Of a stretch of DNA of 64,000 nucleotides, positions 38,591-63,860 are shown piece after piece. This DNA comes from Chrysomallon squamiferum (lineage: Eukaryota > Animalia > Mollusca). Each line of letters begins with the position of its first letter. Position 1 is the first letter of the stretch. Location of the stretch: NCBI GenBank assembly GCA_012295275.1, contig CM022670.1, positions 21,390,001 through 21,454,000 on the forward strand. Direction: 5' to 3'. A program made the position numbers and the translations under genes. The notes beneath the pieces were generated by a model. The model was not told where the DNA came from and did not search any database. It saw only the letters and a list, made by a program, of their open reading frames with translations.

Positions 38591-40176
38591 ATGGCAGATC
38601 TTACAAAACCTTCGTCCATAAATAAGGACGAACGCGCTAATGGTTTGGTGCAAGAATCTTTGAAATGTGCTTCCAGTTGTTTGAAAGTTAAAAATTATGG
38701 ACGTGCTTATGCTCATTTCTTGCTAGTTTTACAGATAAGGCCAGATTTAAAAGAATCAGATTTGAAGAATGATTTTATTTTATCACTGAAAGAATGGACA
38801 GAGCATCTGGAGAGGCTAGGACGAATTGAAGATTTATTTAAATGCTATGATCAGACTTGTGAAATATTTCCAGAATGTGACGTTGCTATGAATAACATTG
38901 GTGCTCAATTATTTAGGTAATTTTAATTGGTACAAATTTTTACATAATAAATGCAGCAACAGAGAAATGTAAAATATATATCTGATACTTCATCTAAAAA
39001 AAAATATAAATTTTAATTTTATTTTATCTTATTTCTTTACTTATTGCCAGTGTTAAGGATTAGGTTCAGGTTGCAGTTTTTTAGCTTGAGATGGCATTTT
39101 GCATTAATGTAGGAGAGGAGCTGAACACCAGAAATAACTACATAGTTACTAACCAGAACTCCCAGCATTATTTTAACATAAATCTACTTTATACTATTAA
39201 ATTTAGGTAATAAGGTAATAATAATTTTGCAAAATTCCTTTTATAAATAAAAACAAAATAAATCATGCTTATTATCATAACATAACAAAAGCTTGTTAAA
39301 ATTTAGTCATTAGCAATGAATTTTCAGGTATGATTTTACTAACAGGTTTCAAAAAATAATAATAAAAAGTAAATGAATCTGATAGCGTGGAAAGGTTTAA
39401 GATCTTTCTGCATCTAAATCGATATAAAGATCATTTCTTTTTATTATACTAATCTTCAAACAAACTTATACTAATCTTCAAACAAATCTGACTAAAACTG
39501 ACTGATAAAATAGATGTTTGGATATCTTGCTTAAAAAGAGTACAAAACAATAATATTCTGGTTCCAACAACAAGGATATGATAACTTTTATTTAATGTAT
39601 TTTTGCAAAGACTAGGGTATATGGATGAGGCAGCAGTCTTTGTGAGAAGGGCACTTAAACTTTCACCAGATTACCTTGCTGCAAGAGAAAATCTTGAGAA
39701 CATTTGCTGTCACCTGGTAGAACGGTGGCACTTTCGAATGTTGAATGACATGACACGTAACCGTGCTTTCCGAGATGCAATTGATATGGCTGTTGTACGA
39801 GGTCATCAACATGTCCTTGATATAGGAGCAGGCACAGGTCTGTTAAGGTAAAAAAAAATACTTTTGCTGATTTTTTATATGTTTCATTGTATGTATGTAT
39901 GTATGTGTGTAAACTATATGTGTATGTATGTATAAGCTTGTCTTGGTGACTGTTACCTTTGTCTGCCTCCAAGGTTCATCAGCAGCAACTGATGATTGTG
40001 ATGTCATTAGAGGTCATCCTCTTGTGCCAGTGCATTCCCAAATATTATCTAGAGTCTAATCACATTTACTTAAGATCACAGAATATTTATTCCTAATACA
40101 TGTATGTAAGTATTTATATATGTATATCTGTATGAAAGTATTTGTGTATGTTTGTATATGTGTGTGTGCGTGTGTG

Positions 40177-40223
<47 letters not shown>

Positions 40224-41920
40224 CACTGAACATAGTGGAAGTTGGTTATTTAAGAATGATTGTGTTGTGTGTGTAGACAAGAGATGTTAATCTATTATTG
40301 TCAAGACTGGAGATTTGAGAAATAAAAACTTACTTTCCTTTACTTTTGGAATTATTTAGGAGTGCCAATTAAAAGAAGTAACAGGTTACTATAAGGTTAA
40401 ATGCAATGCAGCATTCTCATGTTTGCTGGATAAAGCTGATATCTTAAGACAATAACCAGATATAGATATATAGATATAGATTGATTAATATTATTTTCAT
40501 TTTATTTTTTTTGATTTATTCATTTTATATATATGTATATATATATATATATATTATTTTCATTTTACTTTTTTTTATTTTTTTATTTATACATATATAT
40601 TTTTTTTTTTTTTTTGTTATATATAGCTTTTCAGTCACTGCACATTGACAGTAACAGAGGATACAGACAAAGGCAAAAAAATGTAGTTATAATGTCAGAT
40701 AATACCCAAACAGGTAGAACCTAATCACTTACAGAATAGAATGATACCACTTAATGCTGTTGTGTATAGATATATGTGTTCTGTCTGATATACGTGTATA
40801 TTTATACAGGCAAATATGTATGTTATTAAACTGTTTATTTTCAATTGCAGTTTGTTTGCAGCTGAAGCAGGTGCATCTTCTGTGTTTGCATGCGAACAAA
40901 GTAAAACCATGTTTTCAATAGCTCAGGAAGTGTTAGAGTCAAACAGTGCTATGTTTCAGGTTTCTCTTATTCCAAAGGTGTCCACAGAATTAACCATTCC
41001 TAAAGACATTCCTACAAGGTCTGTTTAAAATAGAGTAAAAATAATTACTTAATTATTGGCAGAATCAATTAGTTTTTCATTTTGACCAGTTCTGAGGGCA
41101 GATTTATAATTAGATGGGAATAAAAACTGTATGTGCAACATCTGTAATCATTTCGTATATTTCCATGTTTGATCACTAGTCACTTGTTTTTGCTAAGGAT
41201 AAAATATGACAACAGTAGTTATCTTATGATTTGTTATGTTATTTTTTTTATAGGAAGATTTTCAAAAATAAACATATTACAAACCCTGTTTTTTATTACC
41301 TTTATTATCCATGACTGATCAATTTTTAATTATTACTATTATTATTATTATCATTTCTCTCTCTGAAATAACACTATAATATGTCTACATTTTGTTACAT
41401 CTAAATAATTTTATGATTTTAACATTAATAAAAACAAATCAGTAACTGTCTTAATAAATCTAATTATTTAATTAATTTTTTTGTGGATTATTAATCTTTA
41501 ATAATGATAATTTTTTCTCAAAGTATTTTCAAAATCATTTAACTTACAGTAATTGAAATATTTGTGACTTCATCATTGCTGTTATTATTATATTGTAGTT
41601 ATTTTCTATTTTCAGAGTCACTCTTATTACAACAGAAACATTTGATGCAGGATTATTTGGAGAGCACATAATATCAACCCTTCATCACGCTTGGCATAAT
41701 CTTCTAATTCAAAAATCTAACGACGGGGTAAATGTCTCAAGATTTGTTTTATTTAGCTAGAGGTCACATTTAATATCTTGTAATGTAAATAGAAAAATAG
41801 AAGGGAACAGGACTAAAAAGGTTGGTAGCAATTGACTGAAGGGAATAGAGGATATGAATGTATATCTATAATTATTAATTACTGCTGCTGGCTGTATCCA
41901 CACCAAAGCACACATATGCA

Positions 41921-41959
<39 letters not shown>

Positions 41960-44900
41960 ATGCTCACACTCACATACACACATAATCATGCTCACACTCA
42001 CATACACACATATGTAAGCCAATGATTACAGGGTAAATAACTAACATATATGTAAACAGAAGCAATATAAGATACGTGCATTAAAACTTCTTATATTTCA
42101 GGTAGAAGGGAAAGTTATTCCACAAGGAGCCACAGTGTATCTTTGTGCTATAGAGTGTGAGACTGTGAGAAAACAAAACAGGTATTTAAGCTGGATTTTA
42201 TATTTTCTTCAGTAACAAAATTAATATGTTTTATATGTCACTGAATATATTTATGATATTTATGTATATGCTATACATTTGTTGTATTAGACATAAATTC
42301 ACTGTGCAACGTGTTGAACATAACCTCATTGTATCAAAAGGTTTCAATTTAAAATATTTGACAATGCAGTTGGTGTGCCTAGAAATAACAAATTTATACT
42401 TATAATATGTTATTTAATAAACAGATTTAGACCTATATATTTTTTAATAACAAATTCTGACATGTATTATTAAATAAAAGATTTCGATATAATTATTGCA
42501 AAAGTAGACAAAATTGAGCATGACTAATTTAGTATCTCCTGAACTAACAACATGTAGTAATATCCAAGATACTGTTTTAAATATCCTCTAATGAGGTATA
42601 TAAAAATCTAATCTTTTCTCATGTAGTTGTGATTACAAAGCTGCATCCTTGCATATTCCAGGTTACTCTATCCAGTGTTAATGAATCTGGATCTAACAGG
42701 TATTATTATCCTGTGCAGGACATCCATTGACCAGAAAGAACCATACACAACTGAAGACTTGACATCCGTGAGAAGTGGATACAAACAACTCAGTGAGCCA
42801 AAGGCAGTTCTTGAAGTTGACTTTAACAACCCTGATGTGAGTGCCTCTTTCCAACATACAGTTCAATCAGTTTTGTTTGGGTTTTTAAAAAATATATATT
42901 TACATCCTTTGTTGATTATTTAGAAATTATTTATATGCATGCACACATGTTCACTTACTCATACAGAGTTGCTCATTTTCTTTCAATCTGAGAACTGAAT
43001 TCTATGAAATATTTTGTAATGATAAAATGAATTTTTAAATTCTTAAAAAAACTATACTTGATTTTGTACTTGGAAAATTATCTATTTTAGTTTTTCTTTT
43101 CTCTTTCTTTCCCCCTAATTAAACAATAATGACTTTGAATCTGCAGGGTTTTGTAAAATTTTAGTTTAAACAAATATCTTTTTTTCTAGAAAGTAGATGA
43201 ATTACACTCTGGTCTACAAATGAACTTTGATCTCGAAATTACAAAAAGTGGTGAAGTGGATGCTATTGCCATGTGGTTTGACCTTCATCTTGATGACAGT
43301 ATCACAATAACAACAGCTCCTGATGCAGTGAATTGCTGGGAACAAGCCATATTCCCTGTGCAGCCAGTTAATAGTAATTCTGAGCCATTTTTGACTGTTG
43401 CTGATGGTAAATATGGTCTGTTTCTTGTGTTTGTTATTTTGAAAGTTAAAATAATCACATTTATAAATTTAGCTTAAAGCAAGTTTTTTTTTTTATTTCT
43501 GCTGTATGCACCACACATTTGGTCTCTAGGTTTAATTCAAATAATTCAAGCCAGCACAGTGACATTTGATTAATACACATGCTTATTTATTATTTGGAAC
43601 ATAATGCAGAGACTGCATTCATGAGATTAATAATAATAATAATAGTTTTTCAACAACATATTAAAATGTTATTATAAATCAATAAATAATATATATGTAT
43701 ATATATATATATATTGTATTTTTTAAATAAATTTTTATTGAAAAAGATTTTGTTATTATTATTGTTATTATTGATGCTTGTTAATTTTTCTTTTACATTT
43801 TATTTATGTTCATTTACTTTTTTTAAAGTTTTATATATTTATTTATTTGTTTGTTTGTTTGTTTGTTTGTTTGTTTGTTTTTGTTTGTTTTGTTTAGATA
43901 AAAGAGAAAATCTGGCAGTGAAAGAAGGTGATAGTCTGACTACAGATATGGTTCTTGAAGACGACTGTTTGAGAGTCAGATGTTCAAATATCAAAAGAAA
44001 AGTCAAAACATGCCAGCAGAGCAGCAAGTCAGCTAAAATAATAAAATCTCAAACTCTCATGGACACAAATCCTGGACCTGAAATAGAAAAAGTTAAGATA
44101 GAAAGTTTTGATTTGAAACTTGAAAGTGAAATTCAAAATTCTCAAGACCTTGACATGATTTGTGATGTTTTGAGTTCACCCATGTTTTCTGGAACATTAA
44201 CAGAAAGTCAGACAGAACATTCAGTGAGTGAGATATCACACTTGAAACAGCTGAGTGAAATTAAAGCACTTCAGAGCCTCAACTTGACTGGCAAAGCAAG
44301 TTTATATTCAGATGGGAATACTACAGGTGAAATGAAAGGAAAGAACAAAACAGACTGCAGTACAATAGCCACCAGAGCTCGCATCTACAGGTTAAGTTCT
44401 TCAGATATTTCCCGTCTGAATGATATGACATTCCACAAAGCTTTCTACGAAGGTTTAGAAAGGTTTCATCATCGAAACCTCAGTCAAAAGATATCTCTGT
44501 TGGATATGTGTTCTGGATTGTCTCCCTTGGGCTTACAGGCTGGACTTCTGGGATATTCATCTGTCACCATGGTTACAAATGCTGATTCTGTTAAAGAGAT
44601 TCTCATGGACATAGCCACGGTGAACTGTATTAATTATAGTACTCTCAACTTCACTACACCTCACTGTGTCATGGAAACAGACACACAGTTTGATGTAATT
44701 GTTTGTGATTTAGTGGAACCTTCAGGTGTTCTCAGACAACAGGTTCTTGAGGATTTGGCCTTGTTGAGGTAAAACCATCACATTAATAATTTTCTTTAAC
44801 ACTGATCAGGGTAAATGTTGTGGGTTTTTTTTGGTTATGTTTTTAATTTATTTCTCAAAATAAATAATAAATGTATTTCTAATGAGTAACATGACAGTAA

Positions 44901-45535
44901 TATTGTTTTGTTGTTGTTCTTTATTTCAGGTTGACTTCGTTATCATCTAAAGGAATTATTTTACCTCACAAATTAACAGCTGTGGGTATCTGTGTCGAGT
45001 CCGAGCAGCTTCTCAAAACAAGTCGAGTGATGAACAAAGCTACACTAGGCTTCAGCATTGCAGAGTTCATGAAAGAATTCCAGGTACTTTGATGAAATAT
45101 CTGCCCAAATTCTGCCATAGAATTTTAAATATATATGTTTTACTGATTTTTTTTTTTTTTTTGTCTCCATTCTAGGCCTCAACACATTTAGACATTGACC
45201 TTCACACCTTACAGTACACAAAACTCTCTGAGCCTTTTGAATTGTTTGAACTGGAATTGAATGAAAAATCCAGTGACCAGGAACTTCCAAGCTTTCTTCA
45301 GCAAGAGAAGGAAATTGCCATTGAGTTTACTGATTCAGGACAGTTTGATGCTGTCATTTACTGGTTCGAGTTACAGATTTTAGATGAAATAAAACTTGTG
45401 ACTGTGAATCCTTGTCTGCACTGGAAACAAGCAGCAAAGATCCTCAGTGAAAGTGAAAGTGCTGAATCGGGTCAGAGTGTGAAATTAAATGTAGTACTGA
45501 AAAACAGCTACATTGATATCAAGACCGTTTACTGA
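38591..45535 (+). CDS. PRMT9: Protein arginine N-methyltransferase 9. Exons 38591-38916, 39611-39847, 40851-41018, 41616-41727, 42102-42181, 42662-42836, 43190-43406, 43898-44768, 44930-45083, 45176-45535
   Basis: N-terminal TPRs (GRAYAHFLLVL), LVERWHFRMLND..RN, motif I VLDIGAGTG, double-E loop TETFDAGLFGE, CWEQA in place of THW, and a second degenerate MTase domain (CDLVEPSG, HWKQAA). Confidence 0.95.
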
Positions 45536-47901
45536 CAAGACATAATGAAAACATTATGGCCTGAAAAATATCTGAATTCATATCAAGACAATTATTGTCA
45601 AAACCAAAAGTAAGAAAGAACTACAATATTGTAATATTTATTATTATTTTAAGTGAAATTATCTGTCTCAAAATAAATAAAGATGTAGACTGTGATTATT
45701 TTAAATGTCAGACTACAAAAGTTAAAGAAATATAAAAACTGTTGATAATTAATTTATATGAATGAAATGTACTGAAGAAATAACCAATAATTATATAAAA
45801 AAATAATAATAATTAAGTCCATTTTTGAGATACATGATCGTTTTATCATTTTTGTACTGAGGTAGATATGGTAGTCATGAAAATGACAGATATAAAATCT
45901 GTGAATAGGGACTGCTGAATTTTTATCAAGAACATAAATATCTAAAATGTTAATAGCTGCACAATATATGTACTTGCATGCATGCATCTGTGAGAGCAAG
46001 TATGTTTGCAAAATAGTTAGATTCACTAAAATTACTGATGCACAATCAGTCTCAAACACTGTTCCGAAAACAGTAACAATGGAATTTCTTTTCTTATAGA
46101 TTTGAGGATTGTTTCTGTTGGCTGTCTGGACATGAATCATGGCCTGTTTATTACTAACTGCATATTATATAATATTAAAATAAAATAAATATGTCATGTA
46201 TAGCAATTATACTGATAATGTTACAGTAATAAATTATGTACACTTGTTTAATTAGTATGTAATTGCATTTATATGAATGTGGGTATAAAATCTATCTCTC
46301 TATCAGTCTTTGAAACTTTTGTACATATACATATAATATACATGTTTATTTATAAATGAACGTGTATATACTTTCAAATAAATGATTTTTTTTCTAATAA
46401 TTATGGAGTTTTTGATATGTTTCTAGAAAACTCGAACAAAAGTACACACATCTGAATTTATTTTTTTTTCTTTCATTATTTACTTGCAAATTAGTGTGTG
46501 TGTGTGTGTGTAAATTGTCATAAACAGTTATTCTCTGTAACTATCACTTTCCTGTAGCTAGCGCAGATGGGTTTTATTAAACTAATTATAGTGCGAACTA
46601 GACTAGTAAAAAAATACAAATACATTGCTTTTTTTTCCTCTCCAGTATATATTTTTTATTCACCTTCAGTGTTAACATATATTTTTATTGTTTTATTTGC
46701 AACCTTCAGATTCAAGTCACTATATGTATTCACTTTACAATAAGGAGTCTCCAAGTTATATTACACATTTCTTTTCTCTCGAAGTCAGCTACTTATTCAG
46801 TTTCTTTTGCATTCATTGCTTCATCACAGATTAAAAATTTTGATCCCTCAAGGAAACCAGCTTCATTTTCTATTTAAAATGTATATCAGGCAGTCAAAAA
46901 TAATTACTCTTTCTCTCAGCATCTGAGTTCTGCAAAGCTCTTAACAACTATCCATAAACGATGCAGATCCAGGAAGATGTCAACAGTAATTTATATCCCT
47001 CTTCTTCATTAAAAATAATAAACAAAATAATAATAATAATAATGAAAGACAATGCCTAGTATTGGCACAGTGTGATGTCTTTCCTTTAAAAATACTTCCC
47101 TGGGCTCAATTTATTTTTATAATTTAGAATCTATGATATTTTACTATTATGAATATTTTTGTTTAATTTTATGGCTGAATGGCTGAAATTGATTTTAATA
47201 ACATCTGTAATTATTCTCAATCTTTTTAAATAGTAAATGTAATTTCTGCAAATGATTATGTAACTGAAAGGAATTTCACAAGTGAACCAAAGCATTTTCT
47301 TTTCATAGATCTTTTCATTATGTAGATAGGGCTACATAACCCTTTGTTTTTAGAATTCTTGACTAGTCAACAATAAAAAAAAATACAGGTTAACTCATAT
47401 TTTAACATTTATATTTCAGTTTTACGGAATTAATCTTTTTTTTTCTTCATTTCTTTCAGTCTTCTTCCTGTTTTACAATTTCATTATTATTATTTTATTT
47501 TTTCTTCTGTTTTCTAGACTATTTTTTTAGGTTTTTGTAATAAACACATACACTTTTTATTTTTTCCGTTTCTGTTTCATGTAGTTTTCCTTTCTTGTAT
47601 AACTTAAACAGTTCACACAATTTACTCAGACCATTTCATTTCAGTACTATATTCATGCTTTATATACAAATCGTCATTGTTTTTCAGAATGTATCCTCAT
47701 ACCATTTTCCTTCATATTTCACCAAAGCAAGACAATCTTCATTCTGTATTTACTCATCATTAATTCATTTTTATCCTGTTATGTTTCACTATAATTTTTT
47801 CAACCCCTGTAATTTTCACTTACATATTTTCGTCAAAACTATATTTTGTATTCTGTCCTAAGCACAACGTCCCTTTCCATCCACCATATCTGTTCCCAGA
47901 G

Positions 47902-52474
<4,573 letters not shown>

Positions 52475-52499
52475 TCTTACAACAATATTACTGGTAAAA

Positions 52500-52845
52500 A
52501 TGCAACATAAACCAGGTTTGGTATTTTTATAACTCTAGCAGTCGACATTTTGTTGTCATGTGACTTTCATACAATCACGCGATCTAATACGAGGGTAATC
52601 GGTACTTTGATCGGCTGTTTTCGCAACAACGAAAATATCCGAATTGAGATTATCAATAAGCGTAACAAGTAACAAGTTGCCAGTATTTTGTTTCATTTTC
52701 TCGTGATAATGACGTTTATGTTACTATTTTTTATACAAGGCAATGTCATAATATTGTGTACTATTTCAGTTGTTAATTAGTAGTTTATAATACCGACAAC
52801 CAAATACCAGCTTTATCTGACAAACGATTCTTAAAACATATCAAG
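52500..52845. promoter_or_regulatory. Putative bidirectional promoter TMEM184C/spartin, with a probable non-coding spartin exon ending at the donor AAG|GTAAA (~52845)
   Basis: Locally CpG-rich patch between divergently oriented genes; GTCATGTGAC E-box at 52555-52564. Confidence 0.55.
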
Positions 52846-55100
52846 GTAAAATATTATGAAGTGTAGTACTTCAGATTCACTTACGTTACTTATTTAATCA
52901 CTATGATTGTGAATATGATGATTATGAAGAGTGATTGCATGAGTGTGAATAAAAAATTTAAAAAAGCAAAACAAACAAAAAAATGACCGAGCACTGTGAT
53001 GGGGATGATGTATGATTTTATGCATGCATGCATGCATACATACATACATACATATTACTTGTACTTTATTTTAATTTTTTTCCAAAGACAATTATGAATT
53101 AATTTTGTAAAATAATAAATTTTATTATAATTACCAAAATCCACTCATATGGTTAGGAACAAAATTTATTATTTAAGTTTAATAAGAAATGTAAAGTTAC
53201 CCCCAAAAAAATCAGCAACAGAAAAATGTTTACATCACATTAAATATCAAAACCAGTTTATTTTATTTAATAAACTTTTTTTTTTTTTTTCTGTAATTAT
53301 AAATACTCAATATAATACAGTTAAATCAGTATAACAGTTTAACATAATAGAAGTCAGTCCTGCTAAAGAAATTGATATCAACTATGCCTATCACTGGTAG
53401 TAGCTTAAGTGGGGTCACCTCACTGTGCCTGCACCTGTTATATATTATTGAAGCAGTCAAGGATAGCAAATGATGAAACAATAGGGGGAGTACAGTCTAG
53501 TTTATTTCCCAAAAGAGCAACAATGGGCTTAAACATTTCACAAACAAACAAAATGTGAGACAGAATTAGCATATTCTATTGGAGTTTTCATATGTATGAA
53601 TTAAAAGTGTTGGGATGATAGATGTTTTGAATGCCATCCCTCAACATAATTTGACTTTTCTGACAGGAGATTCAATCCACAAACCTTAAAACTTGTGGAA
53701 TCTCTAAATTGGCATCATTCTCTTGATTGTAGTGCTGTAAATAAATATATAATTATTTACTCCTGCGATTCTGCTATCAGTTCTACTGCCCTCAAACACC
53801 CCTCAAAAATAAAATAATAAAAATAATGAGAATGTATAGTTCCTCTTGATATATGGATGGAACCGATCTGGTTTCTGTCCAAGTCCTGGCCTTTACATCT
53901 GCCAGGAATTTTTAAGCTGTAATGCTGCTGTATTCTGATGGATGGTCATGTATGTTTCTGTAGCTTGTGTTTATGTTATTCGGTGTGTTGATAGTTTCTC
54001 GCAACATTGCCATTGAATACTTCTATTACTTCAGCGAATTTTTTATTCTAAATTTATAGCCAAAGTAAACCAAACTGTCACATCCTGAGCATTTGGCATA
54101 AATCATACATTTACCTGAATGTTTTGCCATTCTGTATGGTTTGATGATTTGTATTTTGTTTGATGGTTGTATACTGACATACCAATGCTGAACATATGAT
54201 TATATGATTGATTATATGTTATGTATACACCAAATGTGTACATATATTACCATGTTAAGCTTCAACATATTTAAAAACAGGGTTGGATTCTGAGTAGGTT
54301 TTCACTTTAATGACTGACTATAGTGACTGAAGCTTTCAGCTGCATCACTGAATTTGTTACTAATCCTTACAGGCTGTGGGCACAGTGAGGTTAAACTGCT
54401 TAAGTTACTAAGTACAATAGATAATTTAATTCCTTTGTATTGATTTCAGATTAAGTGTTGTGACAGTGTCTTCAAGTTTCAGAGTTGAAAAAAAGTAAAA
54501 TATTAGTTTGGAATTTTCTAAATAGATATCTAAAAAATGATTGCAGTCAGTAAATGTATATTCCAAATAGCACCAAAAAAATAATATTTGTAAAGATTAT
54601 CTTATTGAATATACATGTGCATTTAAATATATGCCTGTGTCCGTTGTTGTTCTTGGTGCATAGTTCTGCACCTATCAACAAAATAAAAAGCAAAAATATA
54701 CACAAAACATTTTCCCAGCTTGTTGAATTGTATTTAACTTTGTACCATATATCTATAGGTATATAATCAAGATACTCTTTACATTTTAAATAGCTACTAC
54801 TGTACAAAATATAGCAAACATGAAACTTTTGATAATAATATCAGTAATGTAAATATTTTGAATTATTTAATAGTTTGAATTGTGTATTCTAAAACTAATT
54901 ACAGCACTGTAAATAACTTTTGTCTTTGTTCTATGTTTCATGTGTGAGTATATAATTATGCATTGCATGATTTAATATTAAACCTGTGGTTGTGCAGATA
55001 ATAAAAGTTTGTAACAAAAATAATATTAAAAATGTGTGTGTGTTTGGTCTCTTATTATTTTTTTTAAACTTTTTTTTACTTTTGTTTTCTAAAGAGAAAA

Positions 55101-59630
<4,530 letters not shown>

Positions 59631-61392
59631 AATTTACCGTAGAATTTTTATTTTTTTCACGTCCAGAACCTTTTTAAAAGCAAATATTACTAAACTAAGA
59701 GGATGCATTGCTGTATTTCTATTTTATGTTGGTGACTGTCATAAGAGAAAATCAAAACAGTTACTTTACTGATGTACAGTAGTCCTTAATATCTTAGTAA
59801 ATAAGGCATAAGAAAACAACTGGAACTGAAGTTTTGCTTGAATTCTGTTGATATAGGTCAGCAGGGGAAGTAGCAAATGCATATTACCGATAGTTTACCT
59901 CATATCATCTCTTTAAATTATTTTATTTTGTCATTAAACTATGATTACCTCTTGTATTGTTGATTTAAATAGGAAATATAATGGTATTGTATATTGTCAT
60001 CCAAACTTTTACTGGATGTTAAATTGCGGGCAATAATTGTATTGTATTGTTTATTTTGGTTTTTGGGGGGGGGTGTTTCACTTTAGTCTTTATCAAGTTT
60101 ATGTACAATTTATAATTTGTGAAAAGAAAACTGCTTTGACTGCCATTCTATGGGTTACTGTTCTCAACATCAAAAATTATTTTATATGCACTACATTTAG
60201 CAGTTTTTGACATGCCATAGACTAGAACTTGAAACAATTAAGGAAGAGATCATAACTGTATGAGCCGTTTAATCACTAAATTATAAGGTTTATAAAATGT
60301 TATTTATAAAACTAGACTGTATTTTTGTTGTTGCCAAGTTTTTTTTGCAAGTCACAAAAATGTGAACTTTCTGATACTTAAGACAGCAGTCAAAATGTAA
60401 ACATAGCATTTAAGACACTGTATTATATATTTAATACTAAGAGGTAATTTGTTATTGCCTAAAACTTGTTTAGCTTATGTAAATGTTGCAAAGCAGTAAC
60501 ATTGCTAGTTATTTGACCTAAAACTGAATCAGTCATACTATACCAGCTGAAATCAATGTTTGCCGTGTATAGGTATTTAAATTTTTTTTTTTTTTTTTTT
60601 ATCATGACTATGTATTTCTACTATCAAATTGGTTTTGGGTTGGTTTTTTTAAGAATGCAGTAAAATATGAAAATGATATATTGAATAGTTTCACTACTGG
60701 TGTGATGAACAAAATTATTTTGTCAGTTAGTGCCAAATTTGTTTTAAAAAAAGTGAAAAACTTCATAAATAAATTATTCAAATACATTTGATGTTTTGTT
60801 TTTGAAAATGTAGAAATTTTTCCATTTTATATTCATCCTAATTCTTTAAATTAACATATACATTTTAAGGACAATGATTTTAACCATTTTATTTTAGTGT
60901 TACACAGTATTAACAGCATAAGATCATTCAGATAATGTAACTTGCTGCTATTAAAAATCTTTTTTATCTGAAAACATTAAAAACAACAGTTTTCCCCAAG
61001 ACTGTTCCATTTTACAATATCATTAATCTGTTACAATATGATTACATGACCAAGTTCAAGTTAACCATTCTATCTGGTTTTCATTTGTCTGCAGGTTTCC
61101 TTATTTAAACAAGCCAACTATTAATCTTCACTTTAACCACAACACAAAGAAATTTAAAAAAAAAAAAAAAAAGATAAAAGGTGAAGACAAATAAAAAATA
61201 CTTAATGTTCCAGATTTTAAACATCTATATATTATTATCTGTTAACTAGTAACATTTTTAAAAAACTTGAAAGACAATCAATTTTATCAACATCTACCTT
61301 GGAAACCAAGTTGCTGTCGAAAGTTTATAATGTTAAAATAAATTTTATAATAAATATTTAAGAAAAAAAAAAAGACATGACAGTTAACAATT

Positions 61393-61398
61393 TTATTG
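61393..61398 (-). terminator. Candidate polyadenylation signal AATAAA of polyubiquitin
   Basis: tttatt on the + strand about 170 nt downstream of the stop; a second candidate lies at ~61473. Confidence 0.45.
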
Positions 61399-61567
61399 AA
61401 CCACTGATATAATATAAAGCACCAAGCATTCATCACATTCTATTTGAGTGCCTAAAGAATAAACTGAAAATGTTTATTAGAAACAAAGTCAACTGCTGTT
61501 TTATCAGTTAGAAATTTTTACTGTAAAGTTCATCTGCATGAAAGTACTTGACTGCCTTGCTGCATTC

Positions 61568-62965
<1,398 letters not shown>

Positions 62966-63744
62966 TTAAATTGTTAAATTTATTTAAGTCTATTTATTTT
63001 ACTTTATTTTTACATTTGTGAAAGTTATAAGAACGATACTGATTACTTTTCAAAGTGTAAGGACCTACATTCCTAGAAAAGCGTAATTATTTCCTATTCT
63101 ATGAGACTGCAATGTATAGTTGCAAATAAAGTAATACTTTGGGATATCGAAAGTTACAGAGATAGGAGAATGCATACAATGACCTATCAAAGGACTGTCA
63201 AAAAGACAAAGGTGTCGAAGGTCAATTAAATACAAATGGAAACGTACAAAATAATAATAATAATAGTAATCGTTAGGAATCACTATTCTATACTTCATCT
63301 TCAAAACAAAGGTAATTACTTATTTTTAACTGAACCGATTAATTTGTCTCCAACGAGTCCAAGTTTTCCGAGAAAAACAAAATGGTTGTTTCAACGAATA
63401 AAATTATAAACGTTTCGTAATTGATAAATCCAAACAGAACGAGAAAACTGTTGAAATACACATCAGTTACATATTCGTAAATGAAATTAACTAATTTACA
63501 ACAGATTTTGTTAACAGTATATCACAAAATTTGACCAAATCCATTTTATACGTCGCAGACAAAAAACAAAAACAAGATGGCGTCTCAACAAAAATGAGCG
63601 CAATATGGTGTATGAAACAAAATTCGTTCAGTTATTGTTCATTCCCGTGTGTTTGTTAAAAAGATCCACTACAATTTCATAACCCAAAATAATACTCTTC
63701 ACTTTAAAATGTTTATACACAATGATCGGCAGAATTAAGAAGAA

Positions 63745-63860
63745 ATTACCTTTTTAGGCAAACGATTTTGCACTTCTGCTACTTTTCTTCCGCGTCTTTG
63801 TAACGAATAATGAAACGAGAACGTCCTGAGGTCTATATAAGAAAGAAAATGACGTCAGTT
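63745..63860 (-). promoter_or_regulatory. Polyubiquitin promoter and non-coding exon 1: CRE TGACGTCA (63850-63857), TATA-like TATATAG (~63833-63839), donor AAG|GTAATT (~63749)
   Basis: Motif order and spacing fit a minus-strand TSS near 63805; YY1-like CAAGATGGCG in the intron at ~63573. Confidence 0.6.
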
